From assembly GCF_009914755.1 (NCBI RefSeq), contig NC_060936.1: a stretch of DNA of 64,000 nucleotides. One strand, given 5' to 3'. This stretch comes from the human T2T-CHM13v2.0 reference genome, Homo sapiens. The notes under the pieces are model-generated. The model searched no databases and was not told the DNA's origin. It saw only the letters and a program-made list of their open reading frames with translations. A program made the translations under genes and the position numbers. Below, piece by piece: positions 1-18,718 of the stretch (positions are counted from its first letter, which is position 1; every line of letters starts with the position of its first letter).

Positions 1-1450
1 ATGCCTTCCCAGCAGTCCCCCAAAATCTTAACTGATTTCAGCATTAATCCAAAAGTCCACAATCCAAAGTCTCATCTGAGACAAGGCAAGTCTCTTCCCA
101 CCTGTAATCCTATAAAATCAAAGGCAAGGTGGTTATTTTCTAGAAACAGTGGAGGTACAAGTATTGGATAAATACAGCCATTCCAAATGGGAGAAATTGG
201 CTAAAACAAAGGGGCTACAGGCCCCATGCAAGTCTGAAATCCAGCAGGGCAGTCAAATCTTACAGCTCCAAAATGAGCTCCTTTGACTCCATATCTCACA
301 TCCAGGTCACGCTGATGCAAGAGGTGGGCTCCCAACATCTTGGGCAGCTCTGCCCCTGTGGCTTTGCAGGGTACAGCCTCCCTCCCAGCTGCTATCACAG
401 GCTAGCATTGAGTGTCTGCAGCTTTTCCAGGTGAACAGTGCAAGCTGTTGGTGTATCTACCATTCTGGGTTCTGGAGGAAAGTGGCCCTCTTCTCACAGC
501 TCCACTAGATGGTGCCCCAGTAGGGACTCTGTGTAGTGGCTCCAACATTTCCCTTCTGCACTGCTCTTGCAGAGGTTCTCCATGAGGGCCCTGCCCCTAC
601 AGCAAACTTCTGCCTGGGTATCCAGGCTTTTCCATACATCCTCTGAAATCTAGGCAGAGGTTCCCAAACCCCAATTCTTGACTTCTGTGCATTGACATTC
701 TGTGGCTAAACACCACAGGGAACCTGCCAAGGCCTGGGGCTTGCATCCTCTGAAGCCACGGACTGAGGTGTACTTTGATCCCTTTTAGTCATGGCTGGAG
801 CAGCTAGGACATGGGGCATCAAGTCCTAGACTGTACACAGCATGGGGACCCTTCCCAGCCCATGAAACCACTTTTTTCTCCTAGGCCTCCAGGCCCGTGA
901 TGGGAGGGGCTGCTGTGAAGACCTCTGACATGCACTGGAGATATTTTCCCCATTGTCTTGGGGATTAACATTTGGCTTCTCATGAGAAGCCAAATAAATG
1001 TACTTATGCACATTTCTGCAGCAGCTTGAATTTCTCCTCAGAAAATGGGATTTTCTTTTTTATCACATTGTCAAGCTGCAAATTTTCTGAATTTTTATGC
1101 ACTCCTTTCCTTATTAAACTGAATGCTTTTAATAGCACCCAAGCCACCTTGAGTGCTTTGCTGCTTAGAAATTTTTCTGCCAGATATCCTAAATCACCTC
1201 TCTCAAGATCAAAGTTCCACAAATCTCTAGGGCAGGAGCAAAATGTCACCAGTGTTTTTGCTAAAACATAACAAGGGTCACCTTTGCTCCAGTTCCCAAA
1301 AAGTTCCTCATTTCCATCTGAGACCACCTCAGCCTGGATTTTATTGTCCATATCACTACCAGCATTTTGGGCAAAGCCATTCAACAAGTCTCTAGAAAGT
1401 TCCAAATTTTTCCACATTCTCCTGTCTTCTTCTGAGCCCTCCAAACTTTT
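1..1450 (-). mobile_element. THE1 (ERVL-MaLR) internal sequence, runs off window start
   Basis: Recognisable THE1-int sequence (e.g. ccaaagtctcatctgagacaaggcaag; ctgagccctccaaact), adjacent to a THE1 LTR start. Confidence 0.88.
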
Positions 1451-1474
1451 CCCTCCAAATTGAATCATGAAGGG

Positions 1475-1812
<338 letters not shown>

Positions 1813-2311
1813 TCCAACTGATTTTTGACAAAGGCAAGAACATACATTGGGGAAAGGACAGCCTCTTCAATAAAAGGTGATGGGAAAACTGGACAACGAT
1901 ATGCCAAAAAAGGAAATGAATTTCCTGTCTCTCACCATATAAAAAATCAAAATGAATTATAGACTTGAGGGTATGATTCAAAACTGTCACACTACTAGAA
2001 GAAAACATAAGGGAAATGCTTCAGGACATTGGTATAAGCAAAGATGTTGTGGCTAAGACCTCAAAAGCACAGACAACAAAAACAAAACTAGACAAATGGG
2101 ACTATATTAAACTAAAAAGTTCTGCAAAGCAAAGGCAACAATCAACAGAGTGAAGAGACACCTGCAGAATGAGAGAAAATAGTTGCAATGTATTTATCTG
2201 ACAAGGGACTAATATCCAGAATACACAGGAATTCAATTTAACAGTGAAAAAAACAATATCAAAACATGAGCAAAGGATATAAATAGATATTTCTCAAAAA
2301 AAGACATACAA

Positions 2312-2588
<277 letters not shown>

Positions 2589-3474
2589 TCAACAGAACTA
2601 ATCATCAAGGAAATACAAATTAAACTACAATGATATATCATCCCACCCCAGTTAGAATGGCTATTATAAAAAAAATTAACAAATTCTAGCAAGGATGTGG
2701 AAAAGAGAACTTACCCACTGTTGGTGAGAATGTAAATTACTACAGCCATTATGGAAAATAGTATGGTGGTTTCTCAGAAAACTGAAAATAGAGCTATCAT
2801 ATGATCCAGCAATCCCACTAATGGGTATTTATTAAAAAGAAAAGAAATATCAAAAGAACACCTGCACACCGTGTTGACTATAGCACTATTCACAGTACTT
2901 AAGATATGGAATCAACCTGTGTCCATCAACAGATGAATAAATAAGTAAAATGTGGTATATAAACATAATGGAATACTATTCAGACATAAAAAAGAAATCC
3001 TGCTATTTGCGGCAACATAAATGGAACTGGGAGTCATTATGTTAACTGAAATAAGCCAGGCACAGAAAGACAAATAACAGATGTTCTCACTCATATGTGA
3101 GAGCTAAAACAGTTGATCTCATGGAAATAAGAGAGTAGAATGATAGTTACCACAGGTTGGGAAGGGTCAGGGTAGGGGGATGAAGAGAGATTGATTAATG
3201 GGTGATCAACATTAGTTTGATAGAATGAGTAAGTTCTGGTGTTCAATAGTACAGTAGGGTGCCTATAATTAACAATTTATTGTATATTTCAAAATAGCTA
3301 GAAGAGATTTTCTATGTTCCCTGTACAAAGCAATGATAAATGTTGGAGATGATGAATATCCTGAATACTCTGATTTGATCATTACACATTGTATGGATGT
3401 ATCCAAATATCACATGTACCCCATAATATGTACAATTATTAGGTATCAATTAAAATTTTTTTAAATAAAGAAAG

Positions 3475-3690
3475 CAGACTCGAATCAGGCAGTCTGGTTT
3501 CAAACCTAGGCTCTGCCCCGTGCTGGCTGCATGACCTTGGGCAAGTTACTTTACCACGTTGTCCATCAGTTTTCTTGTCTGCAAAGTGGGGATTAAAAGA
3601 GTTCTTGCTCAAAATGTCCTTGTGAAAATTGAGTTAATGTATGTAAAGCCTCTAGAATAGCACCATATAGAAACAGCCAAATGAATCTTA
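3475..3690 (+). mobile_element. MIR
   Basis: MIR core tgaccttgggcaagttactt...ctgcaaagtggggat. Confidence 0.75.
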
Positions 3691-3799
3691 GCCATCATCA
3701 TTATCATTACCACTTGGGTAGTTAAAGATATATGCTCCTCTGATCAGTTGAAGTTGCAAAACACACAAGCTCTCAGGCACACCTGCACACATTGGTATG

Positions 3800-3801
<2 letters not shown>

Positions 3802-3839
<38 letters not shown>
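3802..3839. repeat. (CA)n microsatellite
   Basis: About 19 uninterrupted AC units. Confidence 0.97.
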
Positions 3840-3841
<2 letters not shown>

Positions 3842-4602
3842 CTACACATAGTCCAATTGGCTACAGCTCCTTCTCTGGGGAAACCATCAATGCACTACTC
3901 TCCTACTAAAATCCTCTCCACCTCAGCTCTTTCTCTGAGAAAGGGAGATAACTCCTGTAACAGAATCTATGGGCAAGATAACACAAGAGGAAAGGGCAAC
4001 CTGTGGCACAGCCAACTCTGGACAGAGTATCCTGGTGCCCTCCTTACCTCCCTTATCAGCCTATTTCCTTCGTTGTGCCACTCCTACCCTCCACTGCCAC
4101 TCCAGGGCCTCCCCTATGTCCAGTGCCTGGATTCAGTGAATTTCAGAAGAGTCCCTGCTAAAGTATGAACTTTGATTAAGGTATTTGCTGATAAATTCAA
4201 CTAGGAAACCTCACAGGGGAACTTTTCCTTTTTTAGAGGAGGAAGGAGCAATGCTTGCTTCATGGCTTCCCTGCCTCCAGTCCTTCTGCTTTTCCTCAAT
4301 ACCTGTCCCCATTGTGGTGAGAGCCCACAGCAAGTGGAGCAGGGGAACCATTCCGACTCTACCTGCCACTCTTCTGGAGGGGCTGGGGTTATATATGCTG
4401 GGTTAGGGAGACACAGCCCACATCAGCTGTGGGCTCTGTTACCAGATTATAAGTCAAAGCAGGGCTTCTTATATTTAGCTTAGAAAATGTTATCACCAGA
4501 CATCTAGTCAGTCTCTGTGACTTCTGTTCCACAAGAAACTTTCACATTTTTAGGTGGAGAAAAGGAGAAATGGGCCAGAGGGCACACTAAAAAGAGGAAG
4601 GA

Positions 4603-4892
4603 GGGTGGGGTGCGGTGGCTCACACGTGTAATCCCAGCATTTTGAGGCTGAGGCAGGTGGATCACTTGAGGTCAGGTGTTCCAAACCAGCCTGGTCAACG
4701 TGGCAAAACCCTGTCTCTAATAAAAATACAAAAATTAGCCGGGTATGTTGGCAGGCACCTGTAATCTCAGCTACTCAGAAGGCTGAGGCATGAGAATAGG
4801 TTGAACCCGGGAGGCGGAGGTTGCAGTGAGCCGATTAGGCCACTGTGCTCCAGCCTGGGCAACAGAGCGAGACTCTGTCTAAAAAAAAAAAA
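4603..4892 (+). mobile_element. AluS (Sx/Sz-like)
   Basis: Full dimer with A-rich linker and tail. Confidence 0.93.
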
Positions 4893-5099
4893 GAAGGAGA
4901 AAGAGATTTACTTATGGGGTTGAACCTCTCAAGAAGCTTGCAAAGTCCCTGAAAAGACTAGACTTACCAGTGGCAACGCAGGTGTCAGCTGAATAAGTGG
5001 CCAGATCTTGAAACCATCATAGAAAGACAGCAATCCAAGCTGGGATGCTGGAATTTTCTTCATAATATATTCCTCCATATGATAATTTCCTATAATCAC

Positions 5100-5300
5100 T
5101 TCCTGATAAATAGTCTTTCAGCTCCTTGGACTGGAAATAAACAGTTATTTCATGAGATGACACATACTCCAGATATTTGAGGTAGCTTCTCATGTATTCT
5201 CTCTGCAATGCCCTTCCCCTCTCCTTCCCTGCCAATCTGTCTTTTTTCCGTCTTCCTCAGCCTAAGTACCTCTAGTCTCCTCAACTATTTTCTATATGTG
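5100..5300 (-). mobile_element. Possible L3/CR1 fragment
   Basis: Weak resemblance to remembered L3 motifs (ccagatatttgag...; ctaagtacctctagtctcctcaacta). Confidence 0.3.
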
Positions 5301-5869
5301 TGTGGACGATGTGTCCCATGCTTTAAATTTTCAAATATATGATCTGTGCTCACTTTGGCTATTCTATTGTCAGATCATTGGTCCCAGATTTTGTTTGAAG
5401 ATGTTTCTCTGGACCATCACCTTACTTCCAAAAATCTCTAATTCTAACTCCTGATCTTGTTCTTTTCCTCCCGCTTCATCCCATTACAACTTCCTAAATT
5501 CTTTGCACGTTTACCTATAAAAAGTTCTGACGTCTAGAGGCCTTTAAACATTATTCTAAAGCGCTAGTGGACATGGAATGCAGGAGTGACCAGAAAGTGC
5601 TAGGAGACAGTGCAGATAATAAATCCTATGTGACGGAGAGGTGCATGAGAGGCGTGCAGAATTTGGATCTAAAGTTAATATAAAAGATGAAAAGTACATC
5701 CAGTCAAATTTATTCCTGAAATCCCTTAAAACTTTGGGTCTTTCTATTCCTTGACAAATATTTGTCATTTGTAGGTTACTTTTGCTTTTTATCTCTTTAT
5801 TAGTTAGTGTTTTTCTATGGTTCTCGATTAGAGTTTTTCCATTTTTTCCTTGAGAATGTCTCCTCAACC

Positions 5870-6092
5870 CTTGCTACTCAAGAATCAACAGCATCAGCAT
5901 CATCATCACCTGAGACTTTATCAGATATGCAGAACATCAGGCTCCACTCTAGGCCTGCAGAATCAGAATCTGCATTTTGAGCAGTTCCCTAAGCGATTTT
6001 AACCAGTTCCCTAAGTGATTTTAGCCAGTTCCCTAAGTGATTTTAGCCAGTTCCCTAAGTGATTGCTTTGCACACTGAAGTCTGAGAAGCTT
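5870..6092. mobile_element. MER5A (hAT-Charlie) with internal tandem expansion
   Basis: cagcatcagcatc...acctgaga...tgcagaa...gaatcagaatctgcatttt...gcacactgaagtctgagaagc. Confidence 0.85.
5974..6064. repeat. 22-bp tandem repeat, ~4 copies
   Basis: cagttccctaagtgattttagc recurs at 5982, 6004, 6026 and 6048. Confidence 0.97.
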
Positions 6093-6659
6093 TAAACCAT
6101 CACTGCCAGCTTGGCCACCTCAGCCATCTAAACTATGCTTCTCTGTCAGTGGCTGGAAAAATCTTAAAATCACAATGTCTTGTTCCAAAATTTCACCAAC
6201 ATATACCAATCATTTTATCTTTGACCACATGCATTGATTCTTTTTAAAAAGGTATCCATAGTTAAATTAGGGACCTTCAATGTGAGTGAAGTACTCCAAG
6301 AAGTACAAGAACAGAGTATTTCACTGCACTTCTAGAAGAAGGTGAAGATTTAAATCTTTTCTTATGATAGAAAATGGTAATAAGGAAAGGAAGGAGCATG
6401 AGCAAAATAAAAAGGAACCTCAGGACTGGAGCTGAGAAGGCAGAGAGATAGATTTGGAATGGCTACGTTGTGTTGCAGTGAGAATGAGTTAACAGACACT
6501 AACCCAATATCTGTGATTGGAAAACTGAAGTAAGGTGTGTGAGAGTGGTGTGTGCAGTTAATAGAATATCTTAGGGACATTTGAGCAAAGAAATCATGTG
6601 ACTAAAATGGATGTTGCAGTTTTTTAATGAAATTGTAAAAGATGGATTGTAATTTTTTT

Positions 6660-6770
6660 CAAGTCTGTTTTCCCATCTGTAAAACGGAGCATAATATCTA
6701 GTGGACAGAATGTTGTAAGGAATAAAAATAAAACATGTATTGAGCTTAGGCACACAGGAGGCAAACAGCT
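6660..6770 (+). mobile_element. MIR fragment
   Basis: tctgttttcccatctgtaaaacggag...gttgtaaggaataaa. Confidence 0.65.
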
Positions 6771-6869
6771 GGCAACAGAGGTCACTATAGTTATTCTTGT
6801 GTGTGAGTTGAGAGCCTAAAAGCAGAGAAAACATTGAGGGAGCTCCTCCAGTAGTAAGAACAATAGCAA

Positions 6870-7095
6870 TATTGGTCAAGTGCTCACTGTGCTGGGCACT
6901 ATTTTAATAGTGCATTACAGAAAGTAACACGTACTCCTCACAACAGTCCTATGAAGTAGGTACCATCATCCCCATCTGTCAAATTGGAGGCTAAGGGACA
7001 GAGAGGATAAATTATTTGCATAAGTTGCCACAGACAGAATTCAAAAGCTCAGCATGACTTCAAACCCCACATTCTCTATCACCATGTTATTCCAC
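6870..7095 (-). mobile_element. MIR
   Basis: ctcctcacaacagtcctatgaagtaggtaccatcatccccat...ttcaaaccc. Confidence 0.75.
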
Positions 7096-8137
7096 TGCAA
7101 GTGTTCCAATGAAGACAAGGAGGAGATGAGTGGTGGGAGAAGTAGAAAAAAAAATGGAAGAACAAAAACTCATCAGTGAGAAGGAGATGACAATGTGTGA
7201 GCAAACAGCTCTGGATGAATAGAAAGAGTCAAAAATAACTGAGCTGATAAGTAGGGCCAGGAGGAGAATGGCACTATCACCAGAGGTGGAGGTTTGTTTT
7301 GTGTTTGGCTTAATGTCCTTGAAATGTTTAAGATTTGATCAAAATCTCTTTTGTTCATTTTGGAGCTATAAAGCTTATTTTGAAAAATAGGATTGCTTTT
7401 GCTTTGTGAACAAAGAACACTTAGCACCCATCATTCACCTGAAGCTTGTGTGTCCAGTGATTAGTTCTGTACATAGGTAAGCATTTCTTTCAAGTAGCAC
7501 ATATTTAAAGAGCATAAGTGCCTTTTTTTCACACCCCATTTAATTTACACTGGTTTTACCTTCCTGCACAGATGGCCTGCTTTTCCTTTTCCTGTGCTTA
7601 ATTCTCACTGAAGCCAGAGAGTGTTAAATGCCCATGAGGATACAGTGGAGTTAAGGAATACAGGAAGAGGAGTCAGATGGTGCTAATATTACAACAAAAC
7701 TGTAGGGGGAATGGTTTCTAAAGTTATGATATTATGCATAACACATTAAAAATGTAATTTTGCAGCTTAGTTAATAAAATGGGAAGATCCAAGTAATGTT
7801 AACTGAAAATAAATTAGGAAACTGGTATATGCAGTATGATTCTCAAATGGCAGAATTTAAAAGTGCATGTAAATGTATGTTTTTGAAAAATACATATAAT
7901 CACATAGTTTTTAAAGGTCAGGATTCTTAAAAATATGTATATTATTAGAGGCTATTTCTGGGTGAAAGCACTTACGGTGATTTTATGTTCTTTAAACTCA
8001 TTTTCATTTTTGCATTTTTCTACATGAGGCATTAATTTTATAATCAGAAGAAAATTATACTTTTAAAAAAGAGGAGTGGCATTTAGAGTTTGTTTTCCCT
8101 GTTAGGTGTTTTAAGTCTGAATTAAAGCTACTGTTTT

Positions 8138-8427
<290 letters not shown>

Positions 8428-9394
8428 GCTGCAGTTTCTGCTGAGATTTTACCCAGTGGGGGCAATATTTGTCCCCCAAATTTCTGCAGTTGCATTTATG
8501 TTTGTGAGAGCCTTAAGTGCGGGGAAGAAGTCAGGTGCCGCCTCTTTCACCAGCTGTTAGTTGTTTAACAACAGTAAGTAGAAGTGTTCTTCCTATTAAG
8601 TGGGAAAGGGAAGCCGGCCTGCAGGGACAGGCAGAAGTGGGGGGTGATAAAGAGGAATCTTCAAAAGGGCCTTCCTCTTCAGCATTTTTCAGTGATGATT
8701 ATTTGAGAGATTTGAACAGCTGCATCCTGCAGCTGTGTTTCCAGCTGTGCTAAGTGGGGTTGAGCAAAGCACCCCAGTGGCTTTTTTCTGGGACATGTAG
8801 ACTAGCCAGTAAATACAGTAAATATGGTAGAGCTGGGACTTCATTGAGCCTTGAGGGAATTAGCTTTCTGGACAACTTTCAGAAAGTTGAAGTTCTAACT
8901 TTCAGGCATTGGAAAGATCAAGTGAGCCAATGTACATAAAATAAAAACCTACACAGCACTATATTGATGAGTTTCTGTGAGATTATCAATATTTCTCCCC
9001 TTAAGCTCTAAAGCTTCAATGCTTAATCACCATTACTTTCACATATGTTGTGGAAAACATTTTTAATTGCTTAGCATATTTTTAAAATGTGAAAACATTA
9101 CAATGACCATGATGAATGTTTTAGAGCAAGGAAAGAATGATTCATCATTTGAGAACCCAAAAATTTTCATTTTGGCCTTAAAATATTTAAGCTTATAAGA
9201 ATAAACTATATTACAAAAAAATTTTGAAAAAATTAGCATCCCATTACCCTAAAACAACTGTCATCAATCCTGTGTATTCATTTCCAAGATTTTTTCTAAA
9301 GGCAACATCTGTCAAGTTTAAATTGTAGTGGATATAATAATTTTGTAATCTAATTCCTTTTTGCTTTTCCGTTTAGTATCATATTAGATAGGAG

Positions 9395-9995
<601 letters not shown>

Positions 9996-10072
9996 TACCA
10001 TGCATATATTGTAACATAGACTTTATGTAAATTATTTTAATATCAACATAGAATTCCATTGGATAAAGGTAG

Positions 10073-10416
<344 letters not shown>

Positions 10417-10796
10417 AATTTTCTTATAATTTTTAACATTATAAATAATGCAGGACATATCTGTCCCCACATTTTAGATGATCTTTTGAGACCACATATA
10501 GGTTAACAGAATTACTACGTCAGCAAACATTTTTTAGAATTTTTGATACATTTTACTATATTGCTTTCCAAATACGTTCCAATATCATCATCAATATTTG
10601 AAAGCAACAGTTTTACTGTACCATTGCCAGGATTGAATATGAAAGTTAATTTGTGTGTGTGCATGTGTGCATGCATGTACACACATGCCTGTGTTTGTGT
10701 ATGCTTACTAATTTGGTGGGAAGCTAATGATGATGTAAGATTATTTTTTGCTAAGCCAGAGCAAAGTCTCTGATAGGCTGGCCTGTGGAACTAGGA

Positions 10797-10817
10797 AGTA
10801 CTGCCCCCTAGAGGTCA
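10797..10817 (-). promoter_or_regulatory. Candidate CTCF site in non-repeat DNA
   Basis: Minus strand TGACCTCTAGGGGGCAGTAC closely matches the CTCF core CCAS/YAGRKGGCR. Motif only, no binding data. Confidence 0.5.
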
Positions 10818-12853
10818 TCTGCATGATCCTGGCTGACTGACTTCCTAACTGTGTTAGAAAGTTCCAGAAATTTAACTCCCTTGGAATGTTGTCGCTAGAT
10901 GTTCAGTTTTATCTCTCAACTTACAGTGATCCGGAAACTCAGGGTAAATGAACTAAATAGAATACAGCTCGCAAATGGGGCTTACGATGTGTAGAAAGTT
11001 TTAATGTAAAAGAGAGAACCTCCCCCCAAAACAAAAATCATTAAACTTCAGGAAGAGGCAATTGAGCCTTTAAGGAAAAATCATCTTAGTATAAAGATAT
11101 ATATTGCACAGAGTGGTTCAGGCTTAACTGCAGAGTCTGGGCTGCTGGAAAGAGTTGGTGTTCTGCGGGTTTAGAAAGAGAAGATGGTGATTAAGGAGTA
11201 GAGGAAGGAGAAGAACTGTATCATGTGTGGCACATCTCTGCTGTGGTTACCTTTCTCTGAAATGGCTGGTCTCCAACTAGGAAAAGCAGATGTCTCTAAC
11301 CAGCTGCAAAGTGAGAAAAGATCTAGAGTGAATAGGACAGGCAGGGGTCTGTGGGTAGTAGAGCAGTAGCCCTCGGTGGAGCAGGGATGGCTCCAACAGC
11401 AGACACTGAGGCAGGGAGAGCATTGCTCTAGGCACCACTAAGTATATGTGAGGCAGTGGGCCTGCTCATTAAAGCTTACTTTCCTCCTTCTGAATTGCTA
11501 CTTCTGATCTACTATAGGCTTGGATACCAGATACTTAATCTTGTCAGAATTGTGTGTAAAATAACAATAAAAGTTCCCTGAAAGGAGGATTCTGGGAAAA
11601 TGGCAGAATAGGAAGCACCAGAAGTGTGTCTCCCCACCTACACAACAATCACAATGGCAGAATCTGGCTAATGTAACTATTTTGGAACTCCGGAGTATCT
11701 TCAATGCTTGCAACTTCCAGGGAAAGGCTCAGAAAGTAAATTACAGTTTCTTTTGGTCCATTTCAGTTCTTGGCACAGTAACAACTACCTCAACCCTCTG
11801 GCAGGCAGCTGTACACATGTTCCTGGAGCAGATTGCACACAGCTTGAGGGAGCTAGAGAGGGCAAAAAGGACCCTGTCCTAATGTTTGGGACCTGTTTGC
11901 TGATCGCTGCTTCTGATTACAGAGATATAAACAAAGGGGCAGGAAGCCCCTATTGTTGCACCTCTCTCTATTATTCGAAGTCCCTCTTTCTCTGGCTGAA
12001 GTGATTTTCAGAGCATTTAAATGGCTGGCACATTTTTTCCCCTTCATTTTGTCTTTTTCCTCTTTGGGGACAATACATTAAAAACTAGAACGTCCAAAAG
12101 CGACTACATATACAGAGAAATTAGAAAGTCGTAGTGCCTGCCCAGGGAAAGGCAGAGGCTCAGAAAAGGACTGAGAGGACTTTAGGTTTATGCCTCAGGC
12201 TGATCCTCAGCACAGAGATAGCCTACAATAATCAATAGACAAACAAAAACAAAAACCAAAACCCTGGAGAAGGGGGAGAATCTGATATCCAGAGTTACTA
12301 CATTATTCAAATGTCCACTTTTCAACAAAAAAATCACCAGGTGTACAAAGAAACAAGAAAGAAAGACTCATTCAAAAGAAAAAAATAAACAATAAACCAA
12401 GAGAAACTGTTCCTGAAAAACACCTAATTCTGAATGGACCAAAAACTTTAAACAACCATCTTAAAAATGCTCAAATATTTAAAGGAAGACATAAGGAAAG
12501 TCAAGAAAACAATGTATGCAAAAATGGAAATATCAGTAAAGAGACAGAAAACCTAAAGAGAAACCACAAAAAAATTCTGGAGCTTGTAACCTTGAATATA
12601 GGACAAAAGAAATTATCTACTCTGAGGAACAGAAGTAAAACAAATTGAAGAAAAGTGAACATAATGTAAGGGACCCATAGAACGCCATCAAATGGACTGA
12701 TCCATGCACTGTGGGAGTCCAAGAAGAAAAATGATAAAAAACAGAAAGAATATTTGAAGAAATAGTGGCCAAAGCATTCTAAATTTAATGAGAGACATGA
12801 TTATAAACATCCAAAAGCTCAATGAACTTTGAATAAGATAAACTCAAAGACAC

Positions 12854-13260
12854 TGATATGGTTTCAATCTGTGTCCCCACCCAAATCTCATGTTCAGTTG
12901 TAATCCCCAATGTTGGAGGTGAGGCCTGGTGGGAGGTGATTGGAGCATGGGATCAGATTTCTCATGAATTGTTTAGCATCACCCCCTTGGTGCTGTTCTC
13001 CTGATAGTGAGTGAGTTTTCGTGAGATCTTGTTGTTTAAAAGCATGTCACACCTCCCCACTCACTCTCTCTCTTGCTGCTCTGTGCTTGCATCCCCTTCA
13101 CCTTCCACAATGATTGTAAGTTTCCTGAGGTCTCCCCAGAAGCCAAGCAAATGCCAGCATAATGATTCCTGTACAGCCTGCTGAAGTCTAAACTTCTTTT
13201 CTTAATAAATTACTCAGTCTCAGGTATTTCTTTATAGCAATGCAAGAATGGACTAATACA
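12854..13260 (+). mobile_element. MSTA-like solo LTR (MaLR)
   Basis: Starts TGATATGGTTT, ends GACTAATACA; exact 5-bp TSD GACAC at 12849-12853 and 13261-13265. Confidence 0.93.
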
Positions 13261-14816
13261 GACACCCACACCAACACATACTGTAATTAAACAGTTGAAA
13301 TACAAATATAAAAAGAGAACGTTGAAAGCAGTGAGAGAGAAGTAACTAATCACATACAAAAGATTCTCCATAAAAATATTAGCAGATTTCTTATCAGAAA
13401 CTTTGGAAGCCAGAAGGGAGTGGACTGATATATTCAAAGCGCTAAACAGAAAAAAACCTGTCAATGAAAAATCCTATACCTGTCAAAATTATCCTTCAGA
13501 AGTGAGGGAGAAATTAAGACATTCACAGATAAATAAAGCTGAGGGACTTTGCTCCCACTAGACCTGCTCTACAAGAAATACTAAAGTAAATCTTGTAGGT
13601 TTAAATTAAAGGGTACATAAGTTAAGAGACTAGTGCATTTAAAAAATATTAGTTTATGTTTTGGAACACACAATGTATAAAGATGTGTCACATCAATAAC
13701 TGAAGGGCATGGATGGAGATATAAAAGATAATTTTTGTATGTCATTGAAGTTATAAATTCAAATTAGAGTGTTATAACTTTAGTGTGTTAAATGCAATCC
13801 CCATGGTAACCACATAGAATTAGCTATAGAATATACACATAAAGAAATGAAAAAGAAATTTAAATATTTTACTACAAAAAAATTGATTAAACACAAAAGA
13901 AGATGTAATGCAGAAAATGAGGGACAAAAAAGCTGTAAGGCACGTAGGAAACAAACAGCAAAGTGACAGAAGTAAGTCCCTCCTTATCAATAATTACTTT
14001 AAATATAAATGGATGAAATTCTCCAGTCAAAACACAGAGATTGGCAAAATGGATTAAAAAAGAAACATGATCCAACTATATGCTGTCTAAAGAAACTAAC
14101 CTTATATCCAGACAAACAGATTGAAAGTGAAAAGATGGAAAAAGCTCCTTCATGCAAATAGTAACCAGAAGAGAGCTGGGATGACTATAACTAATATTGG
14201 AGAAAATAGACATATCAAAAAGATTACAGGAGACAAAAATAACATTATATATGCATAAAAAGGCCAATACAGCAAAATGATATAACAATTATAAATGTCT
14301 GTGCACCTAATAACAGACTATCAAAATTTATGGATCAAAAATGTACAGAATTGAAAGAAGAAATTGAGACTTCAATATCCCACTATCAATAACAGTGCAA
14401 CTAGACAAAAGATAAGTAAGGAAATAGAAGATTTAAACCACACAATAAAACAACTAGATCTAGTAGATGTATATAGAGCAGTCCACCCAACAACAAAATG
14501 CACATTCTCCTCAAGTGGACATGGGACATTTTCTGGGATGGACCATATGTTAGGTCACAGATTAAGTCTGAATAGATTTTATTATTTTATATATATATAT
14601 ATTTATTATACTTTAAGTTCTAGGGTACATGTGCACAACGTGCAGGTTTGTTACATATGTATACATGTGCCATGTTCGTGTGCTGCACCCATTAGCTCGT
14701 CATATAAATTAGGTATATCACCTAATGCTATCCGTCCCCACTCCCCCCACCCCCCCATCCCACAACAGGCCCTGGTGTGTGATGTTCCCCTTCCTGTGTC
14801 CAGGTGTTCTCATTGT

Positions 14817-18655
<3,839 letters not shown>

Positions 18656-18718
18656 TATGATGTTAGCTGGTTATTTTGCTCATTAGTTGATGCAGTTTCT
18701 TCCTAGTCTCGATGGTCT

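Noticed and set aside
4967-5129. Possible minus-strand exon (ttatttccag ... ctg/gtaagt)
   Set aside because: No recognisable peptide, overlap with a probable old repeat, and no partner exons.
5505-5540. TATAAAA next to TGACGT
   Set aside because: Isolated short motifs, expected by chance, with no downstream gene structure.
5974-6064. 22-bp repeats as a CRISPR-like array
   Set aside because: Units are head-to-tail with no unique spacers and lie inside MER5A.
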